Shown here in pieces: positions 6,716 to 10,145 of a DNA stretch of 10,145 nt (the first letter of the stretch is position 1; every line of letters begins with the position of its first letter). The notes beneath the pieces were generated by a model. That model did not search any database, was not told the origin of the DNA, and saw only the letters and a list, made by a program, of their open reading frames with translations. This DNA comes from Bacteriovoracaceae bacterium (lineage in GTDB: Bacteria > Bdellovibrionota > Bacteriovoracia > Bacteriovoracales > Bacteriovoracaceae), in contig JBMYPC010000113.1 of the NCBI GenBank assembly GCA_049599895.1, positions 1 through 10,145 on the forward strand, given 5' to 3'. Both the position numbers and the translations under genes were made by a program.

Positions 6716-7774
6716 ATGACAGGTAAGAATTTGACGAAATTTTTAGTAGTTTCACTATTGGGGACTGTTTTACTAGGACTTTGGTCTTGTACCGAAGAAG
6801 CGGTATCTGAGCCACAATTTATTTTCAAACCTGCTCCAAACAAAACGACTGCTGCAAAATTTGGCGACGTTGAAATTAATTACGACGAACTTCATAAGGG
6901 AGTTGAGTCGGAGCTTTATGAAGCCCGCATGAAAGTCTATGAAATTGAAATGAACCGTCTTCAAGGACTTTTGATTGAAAAAATTATCGAAAAAGATCCA
7001 AAGAAAAAGGGCCTTAGTAACGACGAGTATCTCGATAAGTACATTGCTAAAGATATGAAGGTTTCCGAGCAAGACATTCAGAAATTTGTCAAAGAAAGAA
7101 ACATTCCTAAAAACCAAATTGAAAAGTATAGGCCAAGAATTATTAAATTTCTTGAGATGGAGAATAAGAAAAAGGCGGTTGATCTTTGGCTTGCCAAGCA
7201 AACTAAGAAAACTCCTGTTGAAGTTTATCTCAAGAAACCATCAAGACCTGTGTTCAATGTAAGGTTGGGAAAGGCCCCGTTTACCGGAGATGCAACAGCA
7301 AAAGTGACTCTTGTGGAGTTTTCAGATTTTCAATGCCCTTATTGTGCTAAGGGGGCCAAGATCATTGATGATTTAAAGAAAAAGTATGGAAAGAAACTGA
7401 AAATCGTTTTTAAACATTTTCCTCTTCACTTTCATAAAGATGCAAAGCTTGCAGCTGAAGCGAGCCTTTGTGCCCATGAGCAAAAACCAGAAGCTTTTTG
7501 GAAAATGCATGATGAGATGTTTGCTGATCAAGCGGGGCTTAAAATTAATGGATTAAAAGCAAAGGCCAAAAAAATTGGCCTTAAAATGCCACAGTTTAAT
7601 AAGTGTTTAGAATCAGGAACATACAGGGCCCAAGTCGAAGAAGATATGAAAGATGGAGAAGCCGCTGGAGTGAGAAGCACACCTACATTTTATGTTAACG
7701 GGAAAATGATCAATGGGGCACAACCTGTTGAGGTCTTTTCTGAAATTATAGATGCCGAATTTGCGAAGAAATAA
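6716..7774 (+). CDS. DsbA/BdbD-family thiol-disulfide oxidoreductase, probable lipoprotein, with N-terminal helical domain
   Basis: FSDFQCPYC active site, KHFPL and GVRSTPTF cis-Pro loop; signal peptide ending LGLWS-C25 (lipobox-like); strong AGGAGG SD. Confidence 0.9.
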   Translation: MTGKNLTKFLVVSLLGTVLLGLWSCTEEAVSEPQFIFKPAPNKTTAAKFGDVEINYDELHKGVESELYEARMKVYEIEMNRLQGLLIEKIIEKDPKKKGLSNDEYLDKYIAKDMKVSEQDIQKFVKERNIPKNQIEKYRPRIIKFLEMENKKKAVDLWLAKQTKKTPVEVYLKKPSRPVFNVRLGKAPFTGDATAKVTLVEFSDFQCPYCAKGAKIIDDLKKKYGKKLKIVFKHFPLHFHKDAKLAAEASLCAHEQKPEAFWKMHDEMFADQAGLKINGLKAKAKKIGLKMPQFNKCLESGTYRAQVEEDMKDGEAAGVRSTPTFYVNGKMINGAQPVEVFSEIIDAEFAKK

Positions 7775-7825
7775 CCAAGCGACCAGATCGGTAATGGGGG
7801 CATATTCGAGCAGTTTTTGCTTGGT
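7774..7825 (+). other. Possible 3'-UTR stem-loop after dsbA
   Basis: ACCAAGCGA (7774-7782) can pair with TTGCTTGGT (7817-7825), one G-U pair, enclosing 34 nt. Not a classical intrinsic terminator. Confidence 0.3.
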
Positions 7826-7847
7826 ATTATCCAATTTCAATCAGGTT

Positions 7848-7853
7848 TATAAT
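7848..7853 (+). promoter_or_regulatory. Consensus -10 hexamer upstream of the coiled-coil gene
   Basis: TATAAT 41 nt before ATG 7895; no good -35 at 16-18 nt spacing. Confidence 0.3.
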
Positions 7854-7894
7854 TAAACATAATGGCAACTTTTCCAGGAAGGGAATTTCGCTAA

Positions 7895-9871
7895 ATGTCA
7901 GGAACTGATCAGGTAAATCTAAAAGTAAATCGTCTAAGAAAGCGCTATCAAGATGCGATTGAAGACGTGCGTAAAGAGAATGAGCAAAACCTGTCGGAGC
8001 TCAAAAAAAGCTACGAGGCCAAGAATCAAACCGCTGTCGATAATTACAAAAAAGATCGCGAAAGGATTGAACAAAAAAACCTTGAAAGTATTGAAAGGTA
8101 TAAAGAAAAGCTCTCCGAAACCATGAGCAAGAAAAGCCAGGATTATGAAGATAGCGTACGTCAGATGAAAAAAGACTACGAGAATCTTAATAAAAAAGAT
8201 AGAGAAGGCGTTCAAGAAAAACTCAATCGCATTTCAAACGAATACAATGAAAAAGAACGAACTCTTGATCAAAGAACCTTTGACCAAGTTTTTGAAGTTA
8301 AAAGACAAGCTGACAGAAGACAGCTAAGAGATCGTATTGGTTTTTCTCAAGACATGGAACTCTATGAGGAACATACAAAAGACCGTATGCGTGAGCTTGG
8401 TAACTCAAATGCCAAAGAGATCAAAGATCTGAACAATCGACACAAAGACTTTCTTCTCGCAAGTAATACAAGACATATTCAAGAAAAAGAAGCTCTTAAG
8501 AAAAATCTGATGGATTATGCAGGAAAGCTTAAAAACCAAAACACAGATGAAAAGAGTGCGATGCGAGAAACATTTGAAAATAATATTAAGGCCATCAATG
8601 AAAATAAAAACTTTCAACAGGTCAAGATGGAGAAGAATTATTCAGGAATTATTCAAAATAATGCAGCTAAAGCTGAGCAACAAAGACGAACAACTGAAAA
8701 AGATCTTTTAAATCAACTTGATGACGTTAAAAAGCAGGCCTTCGATAGAAGTCGAAGAAATAATACTGTCGTTAATGAACTCAAAACCACCAATCGTACA
8801 AATCAAAGAGTTAATGAACAGATGATGGGTGAGGTAAAACGCAAGATCAAGCTTGTAGGCCAACGAGGGAATGATAAAATTAATGTCGCTGAAGATAATT
8901 TTCAAAAACAACTCAATGAGTTAGGAAGACAAAATCAAAACTCCCGTATTCGAGAGCGTGAAGCTTTACTTTCTCAAGCGAATGAAGAAAAAAACCAAAT
9001 TATCACTGATAAAATCGCCACTGTTAATCGAGAAAAGCAGGACAACAAAATTGAAGTTTCAAAGTATCAGCAGCAATTAAGAGATCAAGAAAGAAGTAAT
9101 CAGATTCGTTTATTTGAAGCAAATCTTGCCAATAAAAAGATGCTCCAACAGAGATCAATCGAAAGAAGCCAGCAAATGAGTGAAGTTTCTGAAAGAAACC
9201 GCAATGCTCTTAAGGCCATGCAAGAAAATCATGAAAATGAGAAAATCGAATACATGGAAGAAACTCGAGATCGAGTGGCCAAAACAGACCTCAATTTGAG
9301 AAAGACTTTTGGTGATAAAATTTCAAAACTTGAGCAGAGACAAGAGCAGCAAGTTCAGATGCTTCAAGACACTCTTGATCGAACTATTAAAAAGTACGAA
9401 GCATTGTTGGTTTCAACTAAGAACCAAGGCATGCAAGAACTTGAAGACTTTAAGAAGCTCGCCAAAGATCAAATGGATATTCAAAAGAAGAATTTCCAAC
9501 ATGTACTTGAGCAAAAAGAGTTAGACCGTATTAATGAGAAGACTTCAATGAAGCAAGAGTTTGCAAAGAAGCTTACTGATACGAAAGAAGCTGAAGAGCT
9601 TAGAGTGATGGATATTACCAATCGTTATGAGCGGCAGATTAATACTGAGAGAAAGAACTATTATAAAGCCCTTAAGCAGAAGCTCACTGAAGCCCATCGT
9701 CAGTTAGAAAATTTAAGAAATCGTTCAGAAGTCGAGAAAAATAATATTAGAGTTCAGTTAAATACGAGAATTTCAGATCTTCAGCGAGAGAACCTGAAGA
9801 TCCGACAGCTTAACGAGGAGCGAAAACAGTACCTCGATCCAGTTGATCCGGATAAAATAGACGTCTCTTAA
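7895..9871 (+). CDS. Cytoplasmic hendecad (11-residue) repeat helical/coiled-coil protein, function unknown
   Basis: 658 aa, rich in K/E/Q/N/R/D; no Cys or Trp; Pro only in the C-terminal DPVDPD; no signal peptide or TM segment; clear 11-residue periodicity. Confidence 0.88.
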   Translation: MSGTDQVNLKVNRLRKRYQDAIEDVRKENEQNLSELKKSYEAKNQTAVDNYKKDRERIEQKNLESIERYKEKLSETMSKKSQDYEDSVRQMKKDYENLNKKDREGVQEKLNRISNEYNEKERTLDQRTFDQVFEVKRQADRRQLRDRIGFSQDMELYEEHTKDRMRELGNSNAKEIKDLNNRHKDFLLASNTRHIQEKEALKKNLMDYAGKLKNQNTDEKSAMRETFENNIKAINENKNFQQVKMEKNYSGIIQNNAAKAEQQRRTTEKDLLNQLDDVKKQAFDRSRRNNTVVNELKTTNRTNQRVNEQMMGEVKRKIKLVGQRGNDKINVAEDNFQKQLNELGRQNQNSRIREREALLSQANEEKNQIITDKIATVNREKQDNKIEVSKYQQQLRDQERSNQIRLFEANLANKKMLQQRSIERSQQMSEVSERNRNALKAMQENHENEKIEYMEETRDRVAKTDLNLRKTFGDKISKLEQRQEQQVQMLQDTLDRTIKKYEALLVSTKNQGMQELEDFKKLAKDQMDIQKKNFQHVLEQKELDRINEKTSMKQEFAKKLTDTKEAEELRVMDITNRYERQINTERKNYYKALKQKLTEAHRQLENLRNRSEVEKNNIRVQLNTRISDLQRENLKIRQLNEERKQYLDPVDPDKIDVS

Positions 9872-9959
9872 GCTCATTTTCTTCAATCAATCCTTTTTCA
9901 ATTCACCTTTATTTTGGTAAGTTCCAGATGTTACGAAAATTACCCTTAAAGGAGTTCCT

Positions 9960-10145
9960 TTGCGACGAGCTAAAATTGTCGGTACCCTAGGTCCGGCTTC
10001 AAATGAAGTTGCTGTTATTAAGGATTTAATCAAAGCTGGCCTAAACGTCGCGAGAATTAATTTCAGTCATGGTACTCATGAGGCCCATGCCCAAACAATC
10101 AAGAATGTCAGAACCGCTGCAAAAGAATGTGGTGTACAGGTTGGA
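9960..10145 (+). CDS. pyk: Pyruvate kinase (5' part, runs out of the window)
   Basis: AAGGAG SD (9949-9954), TTG start at 9960, translation MRRAKIVGTLGPASNEVAVIKDLIKAGLNVARINFSHGTHEAHAQTIKNVR, matching the PK N-terminal KIVxTLGP and RxNFSHG motifs. Not in the ORF track. Confidence 0.96.
   Translation, partial: MRRAKIVGTLGPASNEVAVIKDLIKAGLNVARINFSHGTHEAHAQTIKNVRTAAKECGVQVG

Noticed and set aside
7783..7802. Resemblance to SRP RNA domain IV (CAGA-UCG-GUAA-UGG-GGGCA vs CAGG-UCC-GGAA-GGA-AGCA)
   Set aside because: The conserved AGCAG and the flanking helix are not satisfied, and the element is too short.
2845..9524. Short overlapping or antisense ORFs (2845..3054, 3358..3693, 3578..3769, 3944..4144, 4562..4768, 4984..5220, 5184..5438, 6773..7201, 7613..7840, 7934..8215, 8405..8617, 8517..8711, 8708..8911, 9309..9524)
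   Set aside because: All lie within or opposite well-supported genes and have no recognisable motifs. The hydrophobic F/L/I-rich ones are the expected antisense shadow of K/E/N-rich genes.
7895..9871. SMC/RecN ATPase, chemoreceptor or phage tape-measure call
   Set aside because: No Walker motifs, hinge, TM segments or MCP hairpin signature, and no phage tail genes nearby.
9916..9944. Imperfect inverted repeat GGTAA...TTACC upstream of pyk
   Set aside because: Only 5 perfectly matched bp in AT-rich DNA; not distinguishable from chance.
1..10145. CRISPR array, tRNA/rRNA, IS ends, DNA tandem repeats, recoded stop codons
   Set aside because: None seen by eye; all genes read fully in the standard bacterial code.

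Overview
AT-rich bacterial chromosomal segment; the lineage is probably Bdellovibrionota (Bacteriovorax/Halobacteriovorax-like), but that is an inference from protein style only. From left to right: a umuDC (DNA polymerase V) operon on the minus strand, with umuC running off the window and missing from the ORF track; a divergent gene for an outer-membrane beta-barrel protein; a convergent GmhB-type HAD phosphatase with an unusual ~125-aa N-terminal extension and a degenerate Zn site; then, on the plus strand, a heterodimeric ABC exporter pair (MdlAB-like, one degenerate ATP site), a lipoprotein DsbA-family oxidoreductase with an N-terminal SurA/PrsA-like helical domain, a 658-aa protein built largely of 11-residue (hendecad) helical repeats, and the 5' end of pyruvate kinase. 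No mobile element, CRISPR array, tRNA or rRNA was seen. The most interesting signals are the hendecad-repeat rod protein, a hairpin that sequesters the dsbA ribosome-binding site, a near-leaderless umuD promoter carrying a non-canonical TTAC/GTAA repeat, and the possible nucleotidyltransferase remnant fused to GmhB.
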